A stretch of DNA of 64,000 bases from positions 15,998,001 to 16,062,000 of the forward strand of contig CM059432.1 in assembly GCA_030390025.1 (NCBI GenBank), given 5' to 3'. Numbering within the stretch: position 1 is the first letter of the stretch; every line of letters starts with the position of its first letter. Under the pieces are notes generated by a model, which saw only the letters and a program-made list of their open reading frames with translations, had not been told where the DNA came from and made no database searches. This DNA is from Squalus acanthias (lineage: Eukaryota). This document shows positions 1 through 12,710 of this stretch, in pieces. The position numbers and the translations under genes are program-made.

Positions 1-405
1 TAGATCCTGGCTGACGTGTGCCTCTACGCCATTGATCCATATGTCTTGATACACTTAGCCAATAAACATTTATTGATCTCAGCCTTGAACATTTCAATTG
101 ACCCAGCAACCACAGCACTTTGAGGGAGAGAGTTCCAGAGTCCCACTACCCAGATTCCCGATTTCACTCCTGAATGGCCTAACACTAATTTTAAGAACAT
201 ACCCTCTGGTTATGGATTCCCCCACCAGAGAAAATAGCTTCTCTGTATCTACTCTAGCGATCCGGTTTGTAATTTTAAACACCTCGATTAGCTCACCCCT
301 CGATATTCCAAACTCAAGTGAACACAAGTCAAGTTTATGCAACCTGGCCTTCTAATTTAACCCTTTAAGCCCCAGTCTCATTCTGGTGAATCTGCGCTGT
401 GCCCT
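1..405 (-). mobile_element. CR1 LINE 3' fragment (degenerate)
   Basis: Minus-strand ORF 94-342 (LCSLEF..RGELIEVFKI..RVDTEKLF..GESITRG) resembles the CR1 ORF2 C-terminus. Confidence 0.8.
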
Positions 406-2544
406 GTAAGAAAGATGGGCTTTGGTATCCTGACAAATATATACCGATGAACCAGTCAAATCCTTAACACTTTCCTTTAACTCCTCACTATGGAACCATC
501 TGGGGTTTTTCTACCATGCCTTCAGCTGCCAAGACCCTAAGCCCTAAACATCTCTGCCTCTTTTTCCTCCTTTAAGGCACTCCTTAAAACCTACCTCCAC
601 CTGCCCTAATATCTCCTTACGTGACACTCTCAGCTCTGCCTGTAACGAGCTGTGTAGCCACAATTTAGTTTCTAACCTCTGACACTCTTGTACTGGTAAG
701 GATACCTCTTACATCTGCTAGATACAAGTTCTTACAGGAGAATAGAGGAAATAAAAAAGTCTTCTTCTGGCTAACACTGGACTAAGAAAGACTGCTACTT
801 CTAGCAAAGACAAACCCTACCTCCGAGTGACCCATGTGGCAGAAGGGCTCACGCTTTTTTGTATCAATGATTTCCAACAATCAGTACTTCCCAGGATTTC
901 CAGACAGGTTGGCTCCACTTTTCCAATCCTCTCCCCCCCCCCCGCCCCCACCTTACAGCTTTACTTTTAACAAAGGGACCCACACAATTATTAGGGGTCG
1001 TGACTTGTTTGCGACTCACTAAGTGCTTCTTCCCTGGATCCAAGCCAGGGATAATGACTTTACGACTTAATTACTTAAAAGCCTGTATTCACTGCTATGG
1101 CCCAGCACTCAGTTCAACAGCTGAACTCCATATTGTACCCCACGGGTATCCTCAGGCCATTTCCTTTACAATCTCAGAGGCAACATTTTGGCAATTTTAC
1201 GGGGCACTGTTCCTACAACGACCTTCATGGGCCAATATATATTTCCTAAGGTTCGGTACCCAAAACTGAATGCAGTACTCCAGATGGAGTCTGACCAAGG
1301 CCTGATGCGTCAATTCCTCACTCTCGAATTCAAACCCCCTTGGAGATAAAGGCCAACATTCCATTTTCGAGGGTGCTCGAATTTTTAGGCCATAATGTTA
1401 CATTACTGTTACTTATTTGCTTTGGTTAAATAAATGCACTCATTAGTTTTAACCTAAAACGAGGTACAATTTGGTGGCAATCTACCACTTGTTGAAGACA
1501 GCAGATAGATCTGATGGTGGTCCTAGGATAACTCCGACCTAAAATATTTAACGGAAATGTTATCTCGGGCACGTTACTGAGAGCTTACCTGGATATGATA
1601 GAAGTGAAAGATATTCTTGAAGGCATAGGGGAGCTGGGGCTCACCAATTAAAAAAATATTTTTACAAATGGGAGCCAAGAAATTTAGAATAATAACAATA
1701 GAAATGACACAAAAACATAACAGCCCCATTTAAAGACTTTGGAGCTGTATTTTTTTTGTTGGAAGAATGCGATATGTCACAAGAGATCATATGATTAAAC
1801 CAAGATGAGGGAGATTCACTCCAAAAGAATGAGACTTGACAGGCCTGGCTTGCAGAAAGTCTGCATGCATCTGTTAAAATCCTGTGACAGCCCCACCCCC
1901 CCAAACGGTGGATTCAATGTGAAGAACTAACCATCCAGTTTTGGCTTCATGCAGAGAGAGAAAAATCTTTTAAGTATTCAACAATAGTTGAAGAGATCAG
2001 TTGACGAGAAGGAAATCTGAAGTAAAGAGTACTCAATTTTCCAAAACGCTCAATCTGAATCAATGTGACATTTAAAAACAAAAAGTGTGGACTCCGGCTG
2101 AATTACTGCCTCAGGCATCAAAGCTGAAGAGGCCATACACCACACGCCAGCCCAGCTGGGCAGAGGAAGTGGCTGCTGGACCAGAGCCAAGATGATCATT
2201 CAGGGGGGGGATTAAACTGCTGCATTCTCCAGCAACCGTTTCGTTGTGGAAGCCGATCCATTACATGCACAAAGGACACCTTTAACCGGAATCCGTACTC
2301 TAAAACCAAACCAGCAAATGTAATCCCTTAGTTTTGTACATCTTTTGGAATATATATATATATATATATGATTTTCAAGTGCTTGTGTGATCTATCGCAT
2401 ATCTCCGTGCTTGAGGTTTGACTGCATGCTACAGGCATTGCTGGACTCCTCACTATCCTTCTATATAACGCTTCAAACTAACTAAGCTAGCCCATATGAA
2501 GCCTGGGCCCAATCGGGCATTTTTGCTCAAAGTATTGTACTTAC

Positions 2545-2636
2545 TTTTTGAAAGATGAGAGGAATTTTCGTTCCTGGAACTTTCTTCTGATCATTTTCAA
2601 GCAATGTTGTGAGGGGGACGCCAAAGGGGCCAGTTT
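2545..2636 (-). CDS. ARHGAP28: ARHGAP28 coding exon, start of the RhoGAP domain (92 bp, phase 1 to 0)
   Basis: ttgtttgttacag|AAACTGGC...CAAAAA|gtaagt. Encodes ETGPFGVPLTTLLENDQKKVPGTKIPLIFQK (FGVPL..LL RhoGAP entry motif). Too short for the ORF track. Confidence 0.93.
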
Positions 2637-2797
2637 CTGTAACAAACAAGGAACTTACCTTATTAAAACGTACATCACTTTTTTTTTTGGAATGGGGAGC
2701 AGTAGTAAGTATATTTTTTAATTAATTTGATGCCTTCAACTATTTTCCTAAACAACTTTCATTTGTGGCCATCTCACTCTGCTTTCTCTGAAATTCT

Positions 2798-4573
2798 GGG
2801 CCGCGACTTCGCCTACCTCAGCGGGTCCGTGGCGGGCGATGTCAGTGGCAGGTTCCGACCCCACTGCTGGCTCCAGCCCGCTGTGTAGAATGGTTTTACG
2901 TTGATTGGGCTTGTTAAGCTCGCCCAGCGCGTTTGCCGGCCAACTGAAGGAAGTGGGTTCTGGTGACGTCATTTGATGACGGGTCATCAGCCGGTTTCCT
3001 TAAAGGGACCATGCGCAAATTTATTTTGACAGTTGTGCTGTCAGTGTTCTACAGCATTGAGGTGCTGCAAACACTGACAAGCACTGCACAGAGGTGCCCG
3101 GCTGTGCCCAGGCTCTCCCATGACTCCCTCCAAATGCTTATGGAGGGAGTCACAGCACGCAGGGAGGTTCTCTTCCCTTCCCATGGGCGGAAGAGGCCTC
3201 CCCAGGAGACCAACACAGCCTGGTTGCACATTGCACAGGAGGGCACAAGCAGGGATGTGGTCAGGAGGCGCCAACCTTTCAATGATCTCAGCAGATCACG
3301 AAACGTTACTGCGAAGCCACACTCAACCTCATCCTGCTGTGCCACTCATCACATCCCCATCACTCTGCCTTCCCTACCCTACTCCTGCACATCCTTACTC
3401 ACACCAACTTACCTTGCACCTCCACCCATCCCTCTCTATTTACATTATCACATCCCCATCTCACTAGCCACCCCTCACACTCACCCTCATCCTAGTCCAA
3501 TCATACCAACTAACAACACACAAGGGTAGGCACTTGGGTGTTTTATGCAATGTTCATGTAAAGTTTCTGTTAATGTGGTGTCAAACATTGAAAACTTTAT
3601 CTTCAACACTTTGCGTTCTGGGACAGATTTGTGTGCACCTTTGGAAGTGGCTTAGTGAGCTGCAGTGAATGGTGAGACATAACGGTACCCCCCCCCCCCC
3701 CCCCAACCGCTGATGAGTGTGAAAGGAATGGCTTGGTCATTGTAGGGATGCTTTATGGTGTTGGTGTGGGGTGGTACCAACCTGGCGCATCATGTGGCAG
3801 CCAAGGTGCAGAGTGTCAAGTGAAGTAAATGTGGTCATGGTGAGGCCATCCCTGGCCTCCCGGGCAGCAATGTGGTCAGGTGCTGATGCCCTGTATCCAG
3901 TTGATTGCGGAGAAAGCTGGCGTTGTTGTTGGTGCTGCTGGTGTGCCTGGTGCTGCTGGTGTTGGGGCTGATCGTGGTGGGATTCTGAGGACCAAGGTGA
4001 GATAGTTTCAAGGGCACCGATGCTGATGTAATAGGTGGCAGGTGAACTTGAGATGACAGAAGCGATCTGTCAATGGTGAGAGAGGTTATTCCAATGAGGT
4101 GACACTGGATGGAGAGTTTGCACCAAACACTTGCAACCTGAAAAAAGCTCAATCTGTCTTCCAAATGCAGTAAGCAACAGTTTCTGAGCTTGGAAAGTGA
4201 ACAGCTTTGAGATGGGAGCTTTTATAGCACATTTTCAGCTGTCAAGTAACGAGATGATCCCATGGTGATACAACTCCCGACCTCCTTACCTGACGTGATC
4301 CCCGAGCAGCGTGGACCCCCGTAGGCGACCTCGAAAAATGGTAAGGTGAGCTCAAAATACTTTTTAATGGCCTGTTAACAAGGTCATAATGACCTGAATT
4401 GCCTCCCCCGCCAGTGCGTGTCAGGTCTGTTCAGCCCTGACAGACCCGACATTTGGGAAAGTTGCATGGCGGCGGGTTGACAGCGGGGTCCCGATTCGCA
4501 GTCAAAAAATAAAAAAATTCCCACCCGACCAGCCACTGAACTCACCCGCTGACCCCCCAAAAAATTCCCTCCC
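2798..4573. mobile_element. PIF/Harbinger DNA transposon remnant, internally deleted; Myb/SANT-like ORF on +, possible transposase C-terminal scrap on -
   Basis: ORF 2963-3529 contains PRLSHDSLQMLMEGVTARREVLFPSHGRKRP...AWLHIAQE.TSR.VVRR...FNDL, a Harbinger Myb/SANT-type domain. Minus strand near 3840-3880 reads IAAREARDGL. GC-rich subterminal regions end in aaaattccctccc. Confidence 0.75.
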
Positions 4574-5081
4574 TGGTGTTTAGCGCTGGACTGAAATTTT
4601 AATTTAATCTTTGGGCTGCTGATCACAAAATAAGTAAAACTGATGAAAATAAATTTAAAGCAGTCATCAGGAAGGTGCTATTTACTCAAAGGCTGTTATA
4701 TGTTTGGACCAATCTACCAGACAGGGTTGTGAAGGCAAAAACTTTAAAGACATTCAGCATGCAGCTGGATGCTCTCGTTGGGCAGCTCGGATACTGGAGG
4801 GATGAGCTTCAATGGGGCCTGATGGTCTTTTCTCATTCTTGACTTTTGTTATGCTTTCAGGTTCTTTGTGTGTCGGCTTCCCTGAGATGAACTCACATCA
4901 ATTTCTTATCTACTTCATTTGCAAACGGCACTCAGTACCACACAGATAAAAAACGAATGCCGAATAAATGCAAATGATAAAAGCAGTGCGATCCTAAACC
5001 GAGAGCTTTGTAATCTTGGGCATACTTTGTCTCTCTGTACAGCGCAATGAAAGGATGTGGGTAGTGTCGTAGAAAACTCAC

Positions 5082-5247
5082 CCTTTGCTTTAACCCTCAG
5101 AGTCCTGTTCCTCTTCAATTCTATTCCCAGTGCATCGTAGAAAGTTGTTATCTCTATTAGAGAGAGGTTATGGATTTTTTTCATATCCTGACAGGATAGA
5201 TCTCCAATTCGTGTTAGCCCCAGCCTGTCTTTCCGAATGGTAAATTT
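5082..5247 (-). CDS. ARHGAP28: ARHGAP28 coding exon (166 bp, phase 0 to 1)
   Basis: tttcaatttcag|AAATTT...GCAAAGG|gtgagt. Encodes KFTIRKDRLGLTRIGDLSCQDMKKIHNLSLIEITTFYDALGIELKRNRTLRVKAK (conserved GDLS..DMKKI..LSLIE motif). Confidence 0.93.
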
Positions 5248-6152
5248 CTGAAATTGAAATATAGACTCCGACAATTAGTGAACTTCCGGAGTGATAAACT
5301 ACAACGTCTTCTTTGACAAATAAATGTTAAATTGTAAATTTATTTAACTGGACAGTTGAGTTTAAGAAATAAGTTAGTATTTGGCCTGAAATCTGGAGCA
5401 TTGCTACAGCACTCTGGAGCTCTGCTGCTCTATCCCACGGAGCAGTGCGACAAAGGTTCTTGTCTTCAATCCCCATACAGCGTGTTACCAATTTCAACCA
5501 CGGGGAGGTGGTGGACAGAGACCGAATGCTTAATCACAGGGTAGAGAGAGAAAATCAAAAGGCAAGCGATCGCCAGGCCACTCTTATGTATTTCACAGTG
5601 GCCATTTATAAACCAGTATGGGAACAGGACTGAGAGCAGGGTATTCTCACCACCCCAAGCTTGGCTGGGGAATGTATGGCATGGGAGAAGCACAAAATAG
5701 AAAAAGGCAGAAAATAATCATCAACTTCCAACAATGACTTGTGTTCGGGTAGAATATACAGAACTCATGAAATGGAATGTTTTTAACAACTGTGTTACCA
5801 CAATAAATACAGGAGTAGAGGAACGCTACAGAGTTCCACTGAAGTAGCACTCTTCACGCAGAGAAACATGCATACTACACCTTTCATTAATATGTACTTC
5901 TTATCTGTGTATATATATATATGAGAAAAGAGAGCTCGCTCTGAAATTTGATTTGGGCATTTGAAGGGTGTAGATCTTGCTGGGAGCTTGATTTGGGTAT
6001 CTGAGGATGGAGGTCTGGGTTTGCATTTAAGGTTTGTTTTGGATTCAACCAACAACCCTCAGCCTTATCGTGTTCAAATCCTGAAAGACAGCACGGCTGC
6101 TGTTAAATTTGTTTGATGAAATAATTTAAGCACGATCACCCTTCTCACTTAC

Positions 6153-6313
6153 AGGTAATGTTGTGGTGCTGGGCCTCTTTGTGAAGTTGTTTCGAGGTTG
6201 CTGTTCTTTCTGGGCTGCTGTCACAGACTCAGAGTAGGGGATGTCCCAGTTCAGGTCCTCTGTTATCTCTGGACTGCTTGGCTGGTTTTCTATTTTATCA
6301 TTTTTGTTATTCT
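6153..6313 (-). CDS. ARHGAP28: ARHGAP28 coding exon (161 bp, phase 1 to 0)
   Basis: attattttccccttag|AGAATAAC...TTACCT|gtaagt. Encodes ENNKNDKIENQPSSPEITEDLNWDIPYSESVTAAQKEQQPRNNFTKRPSTTTLP; LNWDIPYSESVT parallels the family motif LSFEVSYSEMVT. Confidence 0.85.
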
Positions 6314-6675
6314 CTAAGGGGAAAATAATTTTGTTAGTATAGACATTATATAAAGCCCCCAAAAAGCACATTCTAGCTGATAAATCATCTGTGAATTATT
6401 TTTCCAGTTAGGTTTTTAATCTGTTCTGAATTGGAGAGTACAGAATCATCCTAATTCACGGACCTTATGTTCTTCTACTTTCTCACTTCTCTCAGAGATC
6501 GAGTTGATGAGAGGACAAATTGTATAATACCTGTCGATGGCATGATGAGCTAACTGGCCTTTCTTTGTTCCAAAGATTCTTATTATACAGGTAATGATGT
6601 GCAATGTTTTCTTTTTCAGCTCCTGAGCTCATTGACAGAAAAAATACCAAAACTTCTATCAATCAAACAAGATCA

Positions 6676-6950
6676 GTGTAGTGGGTTAGGCAATCACCTT
6701 TCACAAGGACTCGATGTGAAATGGAAGTCTCCGTCCAGTTCCTAGTGGGAATGGACCCACACTACAAAACTGCTCCTCACAGAAAGTTCACAGGATGGCT
6801 GATAGAATAAATGGAAAAATGCTATACTAATGCAGTGGAGGTTTTTACATCTGGTAGAGTATGCGGTGTCTCATGAGGTTGGGCTGAGGCACATTGTTGG
6901 GGCAGAGTGGAGGGAATGTTTCTCGGTATTGGGAATGCTTGATGCTGCTC
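6676..6950 (+). mobile_element. LF-SINE-like ancient tRNA SINE (degenerate, internal deletion)
   Basis: Blocks gtgtagtgggtt..cctttcac, atgtgaaatg..gtctccgtccagttcctagtgg..ccacactacaaaac and gggctgaggcacattg..gggcag resemble, in order, the LF-SINE consensus as I recall it. Confidence 0.6.
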
Positions 6951-7501
6951 ACAACATTTTATTTTATGCCTCCTCCAGGAGTTAGCATTACTAGTGATTG
7001 GGGAGGGTAGTACATGCAGTTGCATCATCTAAAGGGTATGGGTGAGCATTGATGGATCTGATAGTTTATCTCGCTTGTCTTTTTATGCATTCAGATGAAA
7101 TCCACTAACTTATCAGGGAGCTTTTTGCATTTCTGATATTGATAAGAGTTCATGTTGGAAGATTCAGAATCAGATACAATTTATACAGTCCCATCTTTTA
7201 AACTTGGTCTAGCATTGGAAATAGGGCAGGTTTGAAATCTTTTGGAGTACATTTTTTTGAATATGTCTTCTCCAAAACTGCCAGTATTCTGTCTCCCCCA
7301 CCAACGACAGCCCTGCACCATGGTTTGTGCCTTCTGGAACACACTGTAAATATTCATGATGGGGTGCACAAAGTCTTACTGGACATTCCATCAACAAGTT
7401 GAAACTGTATCCAGTGTTGGCACAAGTTAAATGGGCATTTACTCATGTCGTTCAAAGTGAATCCATCCATTGCCATCTCTAACTCGCCACCATTTCACTG
7501 T

Positions 7502-7872
7502 GCTGACACTCCGGTGCAGCGCTGAGGGAGTGCTGCACTGTCGGAGGTGCCGTCTTTCGGATGAGACGTTAAACCGAGGCCCCGTCTACTCTCAGGTGGA
7601 CGTAAAATATCCCATGGCACTATTTCGAAGAAGAGCAGGGGAGTTCTCCCCGGTGTCCTGGGGCCAATATTTATCGCTCAACCAACATCACTAAAACAGA
7701 TGATCTGGTCATTATCACATTGCTGTTTGTGGGAGCTTGCTTGGCGCAAATTGGCTGCCACGTTTCCCACATTAAAATGGTGACTGCACTTTAAGGGTAC
7801 TTCATTGGCTGTAAAGTGCTTTGAGATGTCCTGAGGTCATGAAAGGCGCTATATAAATGCAAGTCTTTCTTC
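7502..7872 (+). mobile_element. DeuSINE (SacSINE1-like), 5'-truncated
   Basis: Deu-domain gtgccgtctttcggatgagacgttaaaccgagg...gatcccatggcactatttcgaagaagagcagggg-type core and L2-type tail gaaaggcgctatataaatgcaagtctttct. Confidence 0.85.
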
Positions 7873-8061
7873 TCTTTTTCTTTAAAAACTCTATCCTTAC
7901 CTCGGCCATTGTGGATTTCTTTTCGTTGTTCTTTTTAAACCACTATGATAAAATCAGGAAAAAAGGTAACTCCTAGTTTTGATATTACTGGCTTGATCTA
8001 ATCTGTAATAAAGCTTAGTTATTTTGAAGTTCACACTTAGTTTTAATTTGTGAAATGTCAG

Positions 8062-8491
8062 GAAGGAAAAAGACTTGCATTTATATAGCGCCTTTCACAA
8101 CCTCAGAACTTTACAGCCAATGAAGTACTTTTGGAGTGCAGCCACAGTTGTAATGTAGGAAATGCAGCAGCCAATATGCGCACAGCAAGCTCCCACAAAC
8201 AGCAACGTGATAATGACCAGATAATTTGTTTTTGTGATGTTGATTGATATTCGCCAGAACACTGGGGATAACTTCACTGCTCTTCTTCGAAATAGTGCCA
8301 TGGGATCGTTTACATCCACCTGAGAGAGCAGACGGGGCCTCGGTTTAACGTCTCCGCTGAAAGCCAGTATCTCCGACAGTGCAGCACTCCCTCGTCTAGA
8401 TTTCTGTGCCCAAGTCTCTGGAGTGGGATTGGAACCCACAACCTTCTGACTTAAGAGGCAAGAGTGCCGTCAACTGAGCCATAATTGACAC
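8062..8491 (-). mobile_element. DeuSINE (SacSINE1-like), near full length
   Basis: Reverse complement of the same family, including the tRNA-like head with A/B boxes. Confidence 0.85.
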
Positions 8492-8625
8492 GTAAGAAAG
8501 GAATAAGAAAGAAAGAAATCCCTATTGCCCTGTAACATGTGATGGTAGTCATTGGTTTATGTTCAGTAAGATCATCTGGGTCCTCCCATAAAGGGTAATT
8601 ATAAGTCATGCCATACCCCTAAACA

Positions 8626-9034
8626 TTGGGTCCATTAAACATTCACTCCCTCCACCACCGGGGCACCGTGGCTGCAGTGTGTACCATCTACAAGATGCAC
8701 TGCAGCAACTCGCCAAGGTTTCTTCGGCAGCACCTCCCAAACCCGCGACCTCTTCCACCTAAAAAGGATAAGGGCAGCAGGCGCATGGGAACAGCACCAC
8801 CTCCAAGTTCCCCTCCAAGTCACACACCATCCTGACTTAGAAGTATATCGCCGTTCCTTCAAAATCCTGGAACTCCCTACCTAACAGCACTGTGGGAGTA
8901 CCTTCACCACATGGACTGCAGCGGTTCAAGGCGGCGGCTCACCACCACCTTCTCAAGGGCAACTAGGGATGGACAATAAATGCTGGCCTTGCCAGCGATG
9001 CCCAGATCCCATAAGCGAATTAAAAAAAAAAAAA
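8626..9034 (+). mobile_element. LINE family B (CR1/L2 group) 3' end
   Basis: Matches the 3' part of 59345-60552, ending gggcaactagggatggacaataaatgctggcc...ccc plus an A-rich tail. Confidence 0.8.
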
Positions 9035-10340
9035 TTGAGGTAACTGACCGCCTTCAAGGTTTGGCCACAAGCATCATATCATCATATAACCTCTACCCTC
9101 AAACTCTCTCCATTAAAACTTTGCTAGAATTTCTCTAATTTTCAATACCAGTATTTCATTGAATTTTCCTCTTGGTCCTTCTAAATTCCAAAGCTGCCAA
9201 CCTGCATGGTCTTCCACCTCCCTCTGTGTTGAAACCAAGACATTTGCACCTACTCCTATTCATTCTTTCCCAGGACCTAAAAACCTTCAACTGATCTTCT
9301 CTTACTCCCACAATCTACAGGCTTTTAAAAGCTAAGTTTGGTATCCCCTAATCGCCACTTCTTGATCCATCACGTGTCTTTTTACCCTTGTTGCACTATG
9401 ACCCTTGGCCTTTCACCTTGGTGCTTCAACAAAAAACAAATGTTGCTCTGAGATACTTTAGCTGACTTGCTTTGATCATATATCCTTCCACTATTGTTGA
9501 ACTGTAGCAATGATGCATCAACCACCATGAGGGAAAAACTGCTGAAAATAGTTTTTTTTTATTAATTAAATTATTTGGAAATCCCACAAACTTTACACCA
9601 GCAGTATACAGGTTAAAATTAAAACCGTTTCACTAGGTCAGATTTTAATATCTTTAGACAAGCAGGTGTCAGGAAGTCCTGACCTGGGTGATTATGAGAT
9701 CATTAATATCCTTAAAAACAGGCGGTTGACAGACAGAGCTGCCTGGTTTTAACATAATTGATAATTAAGAATAATGGCTACATCATCCAGTACAATGGTC
9801 AAATCCACCGTTATAGACCAGGTTAAATTTCTAACTAACGAGACAGATGGGTCTTATCAACAGGGAAAACAACCTTGTCAAAATTTTGACAAACTCTGAA
9901 AAGAGGAGAGATTTATAACACTCTCTAAGGTACTTAACTGTATTCTGCGACCTCCAGAAAGTAACAGTTTTTAATCACAAGTGACCAGATGATTCTTTAT
10001 CTGATTTTGTATAAGAATAGCCCAGAACAAAAGGTTCAGGTTTGAAATGTTGGGACTATTTTCCGTCCAGTACTTGAACATTATCCACTTGTGCACCAAG
10101 GTTTAATAACGCACTTTGGTACAGGAAGAGGCTTTGTCTTGAAAGCAGGACAGTAGAAAAAGTAGAGAGTGTTTGACGACGGTTCTATTTTAATCTATTT
10201 CTATTTTAATCCCAAAAATTCACCTGGCTAGACTGGTGGGCTTGCCTGACGTTCAGTCTCAACGCTACAACTGAATGTTTCCACTCTCCCTTTGAACATT
10301 AAACCAAAATCAGGCCTACTGAAATGAAACTACACCCATC

Positions 10341-10482
10341 GGGGTAATTTTCACCTTCCCTGTCTGGGCAGTAAACCCGCAGAACAGATCACCCACCCGT
10401 TGTAGAACATGTGTCTTCTAGAACAGATGGGCGATCCGCTCCACCAGTTTGCCGCCCATGGGGGTAAAGGTGAAAATGATCC
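10341..10482. mobile_element. Small palindromic MITE
   Basis: Ends ggggtaattttcacctt / aaggtgaaaatgatcc; the interior is also loosely self-complementary. Confidence 0.6.
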
Positions 10483-11289
10483 TCATTGAAAGCAAAGAGA
10501 TAAAGACCCATTACTGTTCCAGGTCTATCAGTCAGAAACGACATTCCCAGCACATCGAATCAGTGGCCGGATCAATTCACAGAATCATGGAATCTTGCTG
10601 CACAGGAGGAGGCCAGTCGGCCCCACCGTGCCTGTGACGGCTCTTTGAAAGAGTAATTGCTTATTACTAGAAAAAGGCCAGAACCAAAACTAAATATTCC
10701 ACACATCTGCCATCAGATTAAAGAATTTGGATGTTTTGTTGCAACATCACAGTGTTGTAATGCTGAAGTTAGATCCTGATATGTCAATATTGGTCATAGT
10801 TAGGTTAATTGTGAAAGCTTGGTTTTATGTTATGCTTATGATGGTCCCATCAATAATCTCACTGTTGTAACATTTCATCTATATGATAGTTTATACAAAG
10901 AGTGACATTTAAAACAGGCTACCGATTAAATGATAACTCTTAGCTGTCTGCAGTGTACTTTTAAGAATTGTTGGTAGTAATCATTTCTCTTATACAACTC
11001 AAGTTTTGTAGGCACAATTTAAGAAAAGGGATACAATTTCATTACAAAAAGTAACTAACTCTAGACACAATTCCCAAATCGATCTTTTTAACACTATATT
11101 ATGTCCTTAAATAGCAAAGATCAATAATGGATGTCAAGTAAAATGACCATCTATTTGAAACATAGACCCATTAGCTCAATGTAAGAGAGTTTCTTTCATC
11201 AGTAAGTGAGTAGTCTTCAGAGTATATAATATTATTGAATCTATTCCCTCAACGCGAGCAGCTAGCTTGGTTTTCTTTCTTATAATTCT

Positions 11290-11665
11290 TGCCCGCCCAC
11301 CCCCCACCTACCTTCTTGCTATCCCTGAAGGTATTGACATATGCTGGGATTCAGTTCTGTGATCACTAATAGCCCTCTGATTTCTCATTCTTCATTTGTA
11401 AGTCTAGACAGTGAACGTCAGCAGGCTTTCTTACCCTGAGTCTCAATACAGCGGAGCTTGATTCCGTCTTCACCACTTACTAACACAGGTCACTGGATAG
11501 CGATCAGGAGCAAGAGATCTAGCGGATCTTTTTGCCTGTTGCACTTAGACCAGCAGGTGTGCCTTTTACTGTCACCCTAGCAGAGACCAGATATGAAACC
11601 TGGGACCTTCCTGCTCTTCATGGCTCATGTAACACTACCAATCGGTACATATATCCATTGAGGCA
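11290..11665 (-). mobile_element. Old tRNA-derived SINE family C
   Basis: Core ggtcactggatagcgatcaggagc and a B-box-like head. Related copies at about 22533-22730(-), 38876-39120(+), 44055-44425(-), 45520-46400(+), 48440-48700(+), 51555-51775(+) and 62800-62985(-). Confidence 0.65.
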
Positions 11666-12523
11666 AATTTCATCATCCTTCTAATTACAATATTGTTCTA
11701 TTTAATAAAGGATTAAAAGGGATTATATTTTCCAAATGGCACTGAATGCTTAATGCACTAATATTCTGTGCTTTTCTGACGCAGATGCTAATCCTTCTAA
11801 AATGTACTCCATCGTTTCATTTTGAAATAGGCTCTGTTCTAAATAAGCGAACTTCAAATCATGCCACATAATGACGCACGTGTGCGAGGAGTACAGAGGA
11901 TGCTGGGAAATATAGTCGAACAGGAAGTTAGATCCAATGGACAGGATTATCAGAGTAAATAAAATAAATAACAAAAGCAAGTCTGTTTGCTCATTTGTTA
12001 TTCAAACTGCATTGATGTCTTCATTTGATTTTCAAACACAGCACATTGATACCAAATAATTTACGACTTAACATTTCCCCCTCCCCCCCCCCCCCCCCAA
12101 AGTCTTTACTTAAATGTATGCTGGATACGTGATGTATTTTTTTGTGTTAATTATATTTGATAAATTGTTAAAATCACATGGACCTGCTGGTTATTTAACA
12201 GAGATTTTGTTGTGTTTCCCTGGCAATGTTCTTCCCTCCGCTGTAGGTGTGATTCCCTTGCTGGGGTTCAGTTCCAAGGACAATAGTTACTTTGTGCTAC
12301 TTCACCCAAGTGACCATTCTTCACGACAGCAAGATTTCATACGCTATTCAGTCATAGTCAAACCCGAACCTCTCCTCCCCCAATGCCCAGATAAATGCAA
12401 GGTTAATTTTTCTTTCCCTAGGGCCCAGGGCCACTGAGGCCATTTGTAGTAGCCTTCATTTCCTCTCGCCCCCATCACCCTCCTCCTCTTACAGTAGCAG
12501 CTTTCAACCCAAGCAGCACTTAC

Positions 12524-12614
12524 CTTTCGTTTGATCCCACAAAGTCTTTTCCTCTGACTGTTGTACGCCGTTAGACGTAGGCGATGCCTCAGGTGCCATA
12601 AACTCAATTCTGGC
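12524..12614 (-). CDS. ARHGAP28: ARHGAP28 linker coding exon (91 bp, phase 0 to 1)
   Basis: Strong acceptor ttttcttgtctttccactcacag| and donor AAG|gtaagt. Encodes ARIEFMAPEASPTSNGVQQSEEKTLWDQTK, loosely like human AILETIPVLPVHSNG. Its phases bridge the 38183 and 6313 exons exactly. This frame is not in the ORF track. Confidence 0.78.
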
Positions 12615-12710
12615 CTGTGAGTGGAAAGACAAGAAAACGCATTAACAAAACTGGTGCTGTTTTTCCAAAGGCAACCGTCAGATTTTGCATTCATACGATT
12701 TCAAGTCTTT

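Noticed and set aside
400..2544. Next RhoGAP exon (expected E..GL.SEG..R..G motif)
   Set aside because: No matching frame with splice sites found; it probably lies beyond the window start.
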